64,000 nucleotides of DNA, from positions 666,260 to 730,259 of the forward strand of contig CAVWXK010000001.1 of the NCBI GenBank assembly GCA_963759165.1, in the 5' to 3' direction. Position numbers and translations under genes: made by a program. This DNA is from an uncultured Pseudomonadota bacterium. GTDB lineage: Bacteria; Desulfobacterota; Binatia; Binatales; Binataceae. Below, in pieces: positions 17,799 through 26,649 of this stretch (position 1 is the stretch's first letter; the number at the start of each line of letters is the position of its first letter). The notes beneath the pieces are model-generated. The model did no database searches and was not told where the DNA came from. It was given only the letters and a program-made list of their open reading frames with translations.

Positions 17799-18220
17799 TG
17801 AGTGGCTTTCTGTGCATGTTCCGTGTATAAAGAATTTGTAACCCCTTGATTCTACGTATACTGTGAAGGGGTTGTATATAGGAATGATATCATGATTGTT
17901 GTTAAATATCAGTTAAATAGAACAACTCCGTCATCCCGGCAAGAGACGGGAGCTATCATACGTACTTGATCTAGCTATTACATTCATGGCCATTTCTGCC
18001 TGTGTAGGTGTTGTGTAGAGAATAAGCGATCATTTTACAGAATAACTCTTTGGTCTGATCCCGAATCGTAACCTACACTTTCTCTGTAACGCTGTACAGG
18101 TCGTCCGAAAAAGAGGTGGCTATTCTGCTGCCGCTCCCGATTCCATGCAGACCTCGGCAACTGCCTCGCGGCTGCCGTCCGGTGCGCTCGTGTCAACGGT
18201 CGGAGCAGAAGACCGAGCGC

Positions 18221-18588
18221 CTAAGAAGCATCGCAATCCTTGAGCGGCGGGCCGGCGTTGTGGGTAGCTTCTGCGATGGACACCTCGTCCGTTGCGTCAT
18301 GGTCAATTACGCCTTCAAGAAACTCGCGGTGCCTCTCCTGGAGGAACGCGAGCGCTTGCCCTTCGTCAGCTCGGTGTTCGAGTTTCTCTTTGACAAACTG
18401 CAAGCGGGCGTCGTTTTCATCGAGAACTTCACCCCACGTCTTGATGCCAATGGAGATGTTGGGGCCGCGATTGATGAGCCGCAGCAGCGGATAAATACTT
18501 CGTCGCCGTAGTGGTTGATGACCTTGATGGCGATCTTGCCGGACGCGGGCTTGTCGAAGGGGCGGCTTTCCTTTTTATACAGCGCAAT
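18221..18588 (-). pseudogene. 3' remnant of an unidentified gene (possibly a DNA methyltransferase tail), frameshifted
   Basis: An in-frame TAA bounds the 5' side. The remnant reads ...PFDKPASGKIAIKVINHYGDEV, shifts frame near 18495, then continues ...INRGPNISIGIKTWGEVLDENDARLQFVKEKLEH... No start codon or N-terminal part is present. Confidence 0.35.
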
Positions 18589-18765
18589 TTAGCATAGGTC
18601 GCGCAAGGCGCGATGAGAAAGAGCGAACAGCGTCGGAAGTCATCGCGTTCTGCGTTTGCAAAGCAAATGTTGTTGGTGTGAGTCTCCATCCGGACGGCCG
18701 GCCAGCGCCAGGCGTGCTCGGTAGTTCCACAAGAGAAAGGCGATAGAACGTTCAAGAACCGGACG

Positions 18766-20892
18766 ATGGCCACGAGAAAAAAAGCAGTATCGACCCCGAA
18801 GTACGTGATGAAAATATCGCGTCTCACGGTCGATAAACTCGGCGTAAAGCTATATGACCGCGTTTCCGCCGTGATCGCAGAACTCGTTGCCAACAGCTAC
18901 GACGCGGACGCGGCGAAGGTCACGATCACCGCGCCGATGGGCGAATATCTGGCAACGCGCTCCCAGGGCGAAATCAAGGACCGGGGATACGAGGTTGTGG
19001 TGGCCGACAACGGCAGCGGGATGACCCCCGATGAGGTCAACCGCTTCTACCTGCGGGTAGGCGCGGAGCGGCGGAAGGACGAACGCGGCGACACGTCGAA
19101 AGAATTCGGCCGAAGGGTCATGGGCAACAAAGGCGTCGGCAAACTCGCGCCGTTCGGAATCTGTCACGAGATCGAAGTGTTGACGGCGGGCGGAAGTCTT
19201 ACGACGGGCAAAGACGAATCCGGGAAGCAGGTTAAGGGGTACCTGAGAGCCCACCTAGTCCTCGACCGCGACGGGATTCTGAGGGACGAGGAATTCGACT
19301 ACGAGCCTAGAATAGGCTCGTTGGACGAAACCATAGCCAAATCCGCCGGAACGACGGTGACCCTGCGGATCTTCGCTTATCGCCGGGTCCCCACCATCGA
19401 GGATTTTTCGAGACAGTTGGCGCAGCGGTTCGGAGTGAAATCCGGCAACTGGAAAATCGAGCTGTTCGACGCCGTCAAGACCCCGAGCGATCCGAAATAC
19501 AAAACCGAAGTCGGCGTGTTCGCCATCAACACGATGGAGAATACCGAAATCTCGTTCAAGCCAGGCAAGAACGGCGAGATCGAAGGAAGAGCTTTCGACT
19601 CCGACGACCAGCCCATTGAAAACGTCAATGCCGGTTTCGCCTACGAAGGCAAGAATTATCCCGTCCGCGGCTGGGTCGCATACGCGAAGGAGCCTTACAA
19701 GGACGACCTCATGGCCGGCATTCGCATCTATTGCCGGGGAAAAATCGCCGCGCAGACCAACGTATTCAACCGAAAGGCCGGATTCACGGGAGAGCACGAT
19801 GTCCGTTCGTATCTCGTCGGGGAATTGCACGCCGATTGGTTGGACGAGAATGAAGACCTGATACAGACCGACCGTCGCGACATCCTCTGGTCGCACGAAC
19901 TCGGACAGGAGTTCGAGAACTGGGGCCAGGCGGTCGTCAGGAAAATCGGCACGCGCTCCCGCGACCCGATGAAGAAGAAGACATGGGAGCGCTTTAAGGA
20001 AATCGCGAATCTCGACGTTCGTGTTCGCGAGGCGTTTCCCCGCGCCGACCAAGAGACCCTGCGCGACCAAGCCGTGACGGTGGCAAAAATGATCGGCCAG
20101 ACAATCCGCGCCGACGAGGTCGAAGACACCGACCGAGTCGAGAGTTTCGTTCAACTGAGCCTCATGCTGGCGCCGGTGATCACTCTTGACGAGAAACTAC
20201 GCGCGGCGGCGGATTCGGCGGATTCGCCGCTGGAAGTCGTTACCGACATCCTGAAAACCGCGCGCATCGCCGAGCTAGCCTCCTTCGGTCGGATTGCGGA
20301 AGACCGCATTCGCGTTATCGAACGGGTTGAGGCCCTGAAGGACGACCCCAATACTTTGGAGTCCGCGTTCCAGACCCTGATCCAAACATCGCCGTGGCTC
20401 GTCAATCCGCAATGGTCGCCGATTACGGCCAATCAGGCTTTCTCGACGCTGCGCAAGGAGTTCGTCAAGTTTTATAAGGAGCAGACTGGCGAAACGCTCA
20501 ATCTCGATGATTTCAGCGACCCGAAGAAGCGCGCAGATTTTGTCATGACCAATCAGGACGCGGCCGTTCAGATCGTCGAGATCAAGAAGCCGCACCACAA
20601 AATCACCGACGCGGAATTGGATCGGATTGTAAAGTACCGCGACCTGATGGAAGAGTTCCTAAACATGAAGGGCCACGAGGCTTTTAAGAGGCTTTTCCCT
20701 GAGTTTGAAATCACCCTCGTCTGCGATGGCGTGAGTTTGGACGGCACGCGCCGCGCGGCATTCGAGGGAATGAAGAAAGCGGGGCAGCTCACGCATATCA
20801 CCTGGAAAGCGTTTCTGCTCAAGACCAGACAAATGCACAAGTCGTTTCTCGACGAGGCAGAAAGACTCAAAAAGGAAACCCGTGCGGACTAG
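18766..20892 (+). CDS. GHKL (HATPase_c_3/MORC-like) ATPase fused to a C-terminal PD-(D/E)xK, Shedu/DUF4263-like nuclease domain
   Basis: Bergerat motifs ELVANSYDA, DNGSGM and GNKGVGKL. The C-terminus reads SPWLVNPQW...RADFVMTNQDAAVQIVEIKKP (D...ExK). Confidence 0.8.
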   Translation: MATRKKAVSTPKYVMKISRLTVDKLGVKLYDRVSAVIAELVANSYDADAAKVTITAPMGEYLATRSQGEIKDRGYEVVVADNGSGMTPDEVNRFYLRVGAERRKDERGDTSKEFGRRVMGNKGVGKLAPFGICHEIEVLTAGGSLTTGKDESGKQVKGYLRAHLVLDRDGILRDEEFDYEPRIGSLDETIAKSAGTTVTLRIFAYRRVPTIEDFSRQLAQRFGVKSGNWKIELFDAVKTPSDPKYKTEVGVFAINTMENTEISFKPGKNGEIEGRAFDSDDQPIENVNAGFAYEGKNYPVRGWVAYAKEPYKDDLMAGIRIYCRGKIAAQTNVFNRKAGFTGEHDVRSYLVGELHADWLDENEDLIQTDRRDILWSHELGQEFENWGQAVVRKIGTRSRDPMKKKTWERFKEIANLDVRVREAFPRADQETLRDQAVTVAKMIGQTIRADEVEDTDRVESFVQLSLMLAPVITLDEKLRAAADSADSPLEVVTDILKTARIAELASFGRIAEDRIRVIERVEALKDDPNTLESAFQTLIQTSPWLVNPQWSPITANQAFSTLRKEFVKFYKEQTGETLNLDDFSDPKKRADFVMTNQDAAVQIVEIKKPHHKITDAELDRIVKYRDLMEEFLNMKGHEAFKRLFPEFEITLVCDGVSLDGTRRAAFEGMKKAGQLTHITWKAFLLKTRQMHKSFLDEAERLKKETRAD

Positions 20893-21970
20893 CGCTGAAT
20901 CGAAACCGCCGGTCGCGGTAGACCTTTTCTCCGGCGCGGGAGGGTTGACGCTGGGTCTCAAGCGCGCCGGATTTCGCGTCGCGGTGGCGGTCGAGATCGA
21001 GGACCACGCGTTCGCGACTTATAAGACCAACCACCCGGAAGTTCGCGCGATCAAGCAGGACATTCGCACCGTCAAGGGCCGCCACTTGCGTGCTATGGCT
21101 GGCGGAGAAGTCGATTTGCTAGCGGGATGTCCGCCGTGCCAAGGGTTTTCTAGCCTCACCAACACTTCCTCGAAGCGCGACCCGCGAAATGACCTCGTTC
21201 TAGAGATGGGGCGATTGGTGAAGGAAATACGACCCAGAGTGGTGATGATGGAAAACGTCCCTGGCCTGGCGGGGCGCGGAAAGCGGCTCTTCAACCGGTT
21301 TTTGAAAACCCTTGACGAATTAAACTACCGATACACTTGGGATGTCCTTCAAGTCGCCGACTATGGTGTTCCCCAAAATAGGCGGCGCCTCGTCCTCTTT
21401 GCGGGCCGGGGATTCGAGTTGGCCCTTCCGAAACCGACTCATCATCGAATGGGAGATAGGGGCCTTCCGTCATGGAAGACGCTCCGGGATGTGATCTCGA
21501 ACATGGAACCCCCGACGCTACTCGAGAAGTCGTCGAAGGCACGCGGTCCGCTACCACTTAGCTGGCATTATGTCAGGCGTCTCTCGCCGATGAACATTGC
21601 CAGATTGCGCAAGACTCGACCGGGCGCGAGTCGCTCCAAGCTTCCCAAATCGCTACGCCCCGACTGCCACAAAGCGGCGGACGAAGGTTACAGCAATGTC
21701 TACGGGCGCATGAGTTGGGATCAGTTGCCCGTTACGATTACCGCTGGCTGCACCACGTTGAGCAAGGGCCGGTTCGGACACCCGTCGGAACTGAGAACCA
21801 TCTCGGTCCGAGAGGCCGCCCGGATTCAAACGTTCCCGGACGACTATGTCTTCGACACTCCATACATGGAATACGCTTGCGAGATGGTCGGAAACGCCCT
21901 GCCATGCGATTTCGCGGAAACGCTAGCCGCTTCGGTCGCCCTGCAACTCCCCGCAAGAAAACAGCCCTAA
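20882..21970 (+). CDS. dcm: DNA (cytosine-5)-methyltransferase (Dcm1)
   Basis: Motifs VDLFSGAGGLTLG (I), GCPPCQGFS (IV), ENVPGL (VI), QNRRR (VIII) and GNALP (X). The GTG start overlaps the upstream stop by 11 nt. Confidence 0.9.
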   Translation: MRTSAESKPPVAVDLFSGAGGLTLGLKRAGFRVAVAVEIEDHAFATYKTNHPEVRAIKQDIRTVKGRHLRAMAGGEVDLLAGCPPCQGFSSLTNTSSKRDPRNDLVLEMGRLVKEIRPRVVMMENVPGLAGRGKRLFNRFLKTLDELNYRYTWDVLQVADYGVPQNRRRLVLFAGRGFELALPKPTHHRMGDRGLPSWKTLRDVISNMEPPTLLEKSSKARGPLPLSWHYVRRLSPMNIARLRKTRPGASRSKLPKSLRPDCHKAADEGYSNVYGRMSWDQLPVTITAGCTTLSKGRFGHPSELRTISVREAARIQTFPDDYVFDTPYMEYACEMVGNALPCDFAETLAASVALQLPARKQP

Positions 21971-22005
21971 GGTGTTCGCGCTATCTCAGCGCCGTCCGTG
22001 AAACC

Positions 22006-22491
22006 ATGGATACCGTCCGCAAGGAAGTTCGGTCCAAGATCATGGCTGCGGTGCGCTCTCGTGGAAACCGAACGACCGAAATCGTCCTCGGAGATTTGCT
22101 CTGGACGGCGGGTCTTCGGGGCTACCGAAAGCATTGGCCCATTCCGGGAAAGCCGGACTTCGCATGGCCGGGGCGCAAAATTGCCGTATTCGTGGACGGT
22201 TGCTTCTGGCACGGTTGTACCTGCAGGTCTCTGCCGTCATCGAACGTAAAGTTCTGGAAGAACAAGATCGAGACCAATCGCAGTCGAGACAGACGCGTGA
22301 CTCGCCTGCTGCGCAGCCAAGGTTGGAAAGTTGTTCGGATTTGGGAATGTCGCGTAAAGAGGACCTCTTCGCTACGACGAGTCGAGAAGCTCGTCGAATC
22401 GTCGCAGATTTCAGCGCGAGGGAACAATCGACGGCGGTCGGCGAAAAGCATTAGGTACGCTGCGAATATGATTTCAGATCTTCGGAGCTAA
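22006..22491 (+). CDS. vsr: Very-short-patch repair endonuclease (Vsr1)
   Basis: RSKIMAAVRSRGNRTTE...PGKPDFAWPGRKIAVFVDGCFWHG...KFWKNKIETNRSRD. The ATG at 22006 lies inside the longer ORF 21715..22491. Confidence 0.85.
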   Translation: MDTVRKEVRSKIMAAVRSRGNRTTEIVLGDLLWTAGLRGYRKHWPIPGKPDFAWPGRKIAVFVDGCFWHGCTCRSLPSSNVKFWKNKIETNRSRDRRVTRLLRSQGWKVVRIWECRVKRTSSLRRVEKLVESSQISARGNNRRRSAKSIRYAANMISDLRS

Positions 22492-23254
22492 TTTCGTCTG
22501 CAGGCACGAGCCGGTAATGGCGTTCCTCGACGACTTTCACTTGGTCGTCGTCGAGCGTCAATTCGAACATCGCGATTGAATCGTCCGGCATGAACTGCGC
22601 GGAGATCGACCGGCACGTCAGGTTCGGGAACTTCTCCTTACAGCAGCGCATATCCTGCTTAGTCTGCACCACGGAAAGCTGATCGTTGCCGCCCTTCGCC
22701 TGGACGGGAAAGACGTATTGCCGACCCTGCCGATCAACGCCGATATAGATTTCGTCGATCTCGATCTGACCTATGCCCTTGACCGTCGTGCGAAGATGGT
22801 TCTGGAGAGAGTAGGCGGCGATTCCGAGGAAAATATCGATCAAACGGTTGTAGCGAACCCTCGCGAGCAACGCCTGTTCGTCGGAAAGCGCGTAGGCGCC
22901 GATTATTTCAGGTGTGGCGTCAGGGATTTTGACCTTCACCAGCGCGGCGTTCGGGACAATGCGGTTGACGCGAACGAGCTTGAACGCATAGAGCGCACGG
23001 CCCGCACCTTCGACGATCCACTCCATGCCCTTCGGCTGGGTCGCCAGAACTTCTTCCGGCATAGGCGTTCGATAGCGGATAGAATATATGACATCGCCGA
23101 GATTCTTCGGCAGGACGATATCCAACTTTTCCGCCGACGACTCCAAATCCTTCCGCTCGAAAGCGACCTCGGTCGCCCCCTTCTTGTAGCGGTCGAAGAA
23201 AATCTTCTTCACCAGGGCTTTGTATCTGTTCTCGCTGATCTCAGGTTTAGTCAT
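22451..23254 (-). CDS. Putative type II restriction endonuclease partner of Dcm2 (assigned by position)
   Basis: Its ATG lies 8 nt inside the 3' end of dcm2. A possible nuclease core is IEIDEIYIGVD...FPVQAKGG. I could not recognise a family. Confidence 0.45.
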   Translation of the reverse strand: MTKPEISENRYKALVKKIFFDRYKKGATEVAFERKDLESSAEKLDIVLPKNLGDVIYSIRYRTPMPEEVLATQPKGMEWIVEGAGRALYAFKLVRVNRIVPNAALVKVKIPDATPEIIGAYALSDEQALLARVRYNRLIDIFLGIAAYSLQNHLRTTVKGIGQIEIDEIYIGVDRQGRQYVFPVQAKGGNDQLSVVQTKQDMRCCKEKFPNLTCRSISAQFMPDDSIAMFELTLDDDQVKVVEERHYRLVPADEISSEDLKSYSQRT

Positions 23255-24573
23255 AAGCCGTCTCGTCGAGCGGACCTATCCCGATATCCTCTTGCTTGCG
23301 CTTTCGCGCCCCGCTCTTGCGGTCCCGTTTTTTGATCGGAACGACGATGCCCCAATAGCGGGCCGCTTGTGACATATCCATTCGCAACAGCGCGGGAGCG
23401 CCCAACGCGACGGTCTCTTTCGGCCGTTCCGGCTCGACGCCCAGCGCCTCGACGAAGCGAGCGGCGATTGCACGAGCCATCGGCGGCGCAACAGCGTTTC
23501 CGATCTGCCGCGCACCGTGCCACTTCGTCTCGTGAAACCTGAACCAGTCGGGGAAACCGTGCAGGCGCGCCATTTCCCGAACCGTGATGCAGCGCGGTTT
23601 TGCGTAGTGGATGGGGCGTGGACTGGTGAAAGCCCCACGCGCCGAATCCGTCCCTGCGCGCAGCGTGTTCGAAACGCCATCACGGGGCAGCCGAAAAAAG
23701 CGAGAGATCGGCTCGACGCTTCCCGGCGCCGTCTTCGAGAAGCGCTGCTTGGAAATGTCCGTGTGATCGGTTCTCATGCTGCAAGTTAGCCGCTTGGGGT
23801 TCCATTTGCGCTTGTAGCCGAAGCCCCAAGCGTCCCGGTCGAGACAACGCATCTTCCGTGCGTAGGTGCTGGGCTCACCCCAATCGTTCGTCTCGACTTC
23901 GTCGCCGACGAGCAACTCGCGGAAATTTTCCGCGTCCGGCAGATCGTGCAGTGCGTCGTGGCACGAGGGGCTGGGAGGCAGGTTGCCGTTTACGCTGCCG
24001 GCAGCATGCGTTGTGGGGTCGGGATAAGAGGCGGGCCGCTTGCCCTTTTTAGCACCCAAGAGAATGAGGCGCTGGCGGTCTTGCGGCACTCCATAATTGG
24101 CCGCGTTCAGCACCCTCCACGGGAGCACCACCTTGTACCCGATATCATCGAAAGCCTCGATCACCTCTTCGAGAAATCGACGCTGCTTTCCGACTGTGAG
24201 CCCCTTCACATTCTCGAAGACGAAGTAGCTCGCTTCCAGCTCGGAGACGATGCGAACGAATTCCCTCACCAAAGCGTTGCGGGGATCGTCGATTGCCCTC
24301 TGACCCATGAGCGAAAATCCCTGACAGGGTGCGCCGCCGAACACGACATCGACACGACGGCGGCCGATTTTGGCCGCCTTTCGGATTGCGTCCCCCGTCA
24401 GCCCGACGACCGATTTCGGGATCGTCGCGCAATGGGGGAAGTTGAACTTGTGGACAGGCCGGATGAATAGGATCGATCTCCACTGCAGCAACTACATCGA
24501 AACCTGCTTGTTCGAAGCCCAGGCTCAAGCCTCCGGCTCCGGCGAAGAGGTCTATTCCGACTGGTCGCTTCAC
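23247..24573 (-). CDS. dcm: DNA (cytosine-5)-methyltransferase (Dcm2), frameshifted in this assembly near 24456
   Basis: Motif I (IDLFAGAGGLSLG...AAVEIDPIH) is in one frame. HKFNFP, GGAPCQGFS, ENVKGL, QDRQR and GNAVAPP are in the +1 frame. Removing one T (CAT CCG GCC t GTC CAC) restores a single ORF. Confidence 0.8.
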
Positions 24574-24983
24574 ATTTTGTCTTCTAGAAAATCTACGGCC
24601 CTGGCGATTGCGGCTTGGGTGTCCTTCAACTCGCATTGCCAGACGACCAAACTCCGCCATCCGACCTTTGCCAACTCTTTGAGCGTCTTTCTGTCGCGGG
24701 CCTTGTTGGCCGCGATCTTCGGCTTCCAATAATCGAGCTTGCTCTTGGGAAGCCTTCCCCATCGGCAAGCATGTCCGTGCCAGAAGCAGCCATGGACGAA
24801 GATCGCCTTGCGGCGCTTCGAGAAGGACAAATCGGGCGAACCCGGAAGCCGTCGGTCATGCAGCGTGTAGCGATAGCCCTTTGCGTGCAGCGCACGCCTG
24901 ACGACCATCTCCGGGCCTGTGTTCCGGCTTCCAACTTTCGCCATGATCGCGCTTCGGCGCTCGGGTGACACTCTGTCCGCCAT
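24570..24983 (-). CDS. vsr: Very-short-patch repair endonuclease (Vsr2)
   Basis: RRSAIMAKVGSRNTGPE...PGSPDLSFSKRRKAIFVHGCFWHGH...YWKPKIAANKARD. Its TGA overlaps the dcm2 GTG (ATGTGA). Confidence 0.85.
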   Translation of the reverse strand: MADRVSPERRSAIMAKVGSRNTGPEMVVRRALHAKGYRYTLHDRRLPGSPDLSFSKRRKAIFVHGCFWHGHACRWGRLPKSKLDYWKPKIAANKARDRKTLKELAKVGWRSLVVWQCELKDTQAAIARAVDFLEDKM

Positions 24984-25162
24984 GTTCCTGTCGCATCGCG
25001 TTCGTGTCCGTTTGAAGCCGCGCGCAAATTGTCGAACGAAAAAATTAGACGCTGACTTCGCGCATGCACCGCCCCTGGATACCTCCACCTGATGCTTCTA
25101 TAGCAGAATCAGAAGGTTCGCCGAAAAGGGGGGAGAGCACGGCTGTGGATAAGCTTCGAACG

Positions 25163-25205
25163 CAAAAAGGCGCGGCCTCTCGAAAAGAGGCCGCGCCGAT
25201 TTTTC
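25163..25205 (-). terminator. Hairpin terminator (T-runs on both sides) ending the ssb-ardC transcript
   Basis: GGCGCGGCCTCT-cgaaa-AGAGGCCGCGCC flanked by A5 and T5. Confidence 0.75.
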
Positions 25206-25218
25206 GGTTGCCGAGCAA

Positions 25219-25434
25219 CTACCGCGACGCGCGCGTGTTGCCGCAATCCTGACAAATACGGTCCGCAGCGAAATTGTGTTTGCCACCGCCAACGAAGCAA
25301 GGCTTGTGCTGCAACTCGACGCGGTGCGGCCATTCGGAAGCTCCGCATTTGCAACGCCCGTTTTGCTGTACAGTATGGCCGATGAAATCGTTGTAACCGT
25401 TCTCTTGCAGCATCTCGCGTTGTTCGTTGTTCAT
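25219..25434 (-). CDS. Small Cys-rich (zinc-finger-like) protein, 71 aa
   Basis: ATG preceded by GGGGAGA. Cys pattern is ...RCKCGASEWPH...KPCFVGG...RICQDCGN. Confidence 0.5.
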   Translation of the reverse strand: MNNEQREMLQENGYNDFIGHTVQQNGRCKCGASEWPHRVELQHKPCFVGGGKHNFAADRICQDCGNTRASR

Positions 25435-25542
25435 CGAAGTCTCCCCTGAATGTTGCATAAATCGTATGTTTGAGGGAGGGCCGCGCCCTCCCTGTTTTTC
25501 GAGTCCTAGAACAGAAGGAATTCGTTGCTTGGTACTCGCGGC

Positions 25543-26457
25543 TCATGCAGCCGCTTCCTGGCTGACGGTTTCGCCGCGGCCGTGGATGAAATCGGCGGCG
25601 CGCTGTGCGTGCGCGGCGGCGGTGAAAACGGCGTGGCTGTCGTTGGCCAGCACTTCAAGCCAGTTTGCGATATAGGCGGCGTGGTCTTCGCGGGCTTCAA
25701 GCGCGAGTCCGAGATCGGCGCAGAGGAAAGCCGCTCCGAGTTCGGCCACGAGTTCTTCCATCGCATAGCCCTGAGAACCGTAGCGTTTGCTGCCGAAGTC
25801 GCGGGCAAGGCGTGATTTGTTGCCGGTCCAGTGCGTCAATTCATGGGCGAGAGTCGCGTAGTAGCTGTCGGCGTCGCGGAAGCTTTCGAAGGGCGGAAGC
25901 TGGACGGCGTCGGTTGCGTGGCTGTAGAAGGCGCGGTTCCCGCCGTGGTTGACGGTCGCGCCGGCGGCGGCGAAAAACTTCTCGGCGCGTTCGACACGGG
26001 CGACGGGATCAAGCTGCGGTTCGGTCTTCGCGTAGAAGTGCGCGGGCAGGCCTTCGATCTGCTCGACGTTGAAAACCGTGTAGCCCTTGAGAAAGGGAAT
26101 TTCGCGCTCGGTCTCGTCGCCGGTGGCCTCGTCGGTTTCGGTGCGCGTGATCGTGTTGGCGTAGACCACAAGCGAGCCTTTCTCGCCCTTGCGGACATGC
26201 GCGCCAAGTTCGACGGCTTGCCGGAACGTCATCCAGATTGGCGCGGCGAAGTTCTGCGCCAGTGCGGAGGTCCACAGGGAAAGCACGTTGATACCGGCGT
26301 AGGGCTGGCCATTGTGGCGCAGGGGCCGCGTGATGCGTCCGGCGGCCTGGTCCGCGTTCCACGGCTTCACCCAAGGCCTGACGCCCTTTGCGAGGGAAGC
26401 CATAATCTGTGCGGTGATCCGGCTGTAAATGTCCTGTCGTTCGTCGTTCTGTTTCAT
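25543..26457 (-). CDS. ardC: ArdC-like antirestriction protein (ssDNA-binding N-domain + zincin metalloprotease)
   Basis: MKQNDERQDIYSRITAQIMASLAKGVRPWVKPW... and the HELTHWTG metal-binding motif. Confidence 0.85.
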   Translation of the reverse strand: MKQNDERQDIYSRITAQIMASLAKGVRPWVKPWNADQAAGRITRPLRHNGQPYAGINVLSLWTSALAQNFAAPIWMTFRQAVELGAHVRKGEKGSLVVYANTITRTETDEATGDETEREIPFLKGYTVFNVEQIEGLPAHFYAKTEPQLDPVARVERAEKFFAAAGATVNHGGNRAFYSHATDAVQLPPFESFRDADSYYATLAHELTHWTGNKSRLARDFGSKRYGSQGYAMEELVAELGAAFLCADLGLALEAREDHAAYIANWLEVLANDSHAVFTAAAHAQRAADFIHGRGETVSQEAAA

Positions 26458-26649
26458 TGTCGAGTCCTCCTTTTTGCGTTTGGTTTTTTCTCAAGACCGG
26501 GCCTGAAAAACCGGCCGGAAATGCCGCCGGGTCACCGCAGGGAAACGGCCACACGGTCTCTTGGTGCGGGCCTGCCGTTGACGCGGCGGCACGGACGGTT
26601 TAGGCATCGGAACATCTTGAGAAAACCCGGCAAAAGGTTGTGAGAGACA

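Noticed and set aside
23247-24573. Calling dcm2 a genuine pseudogene, and hence the R-M system dead.
   Set aside because: Comparable single-base indels break several housekeeping genes, including a T insertion in fabG. The frameshift cannot be distinguished from an assembly error without reads.
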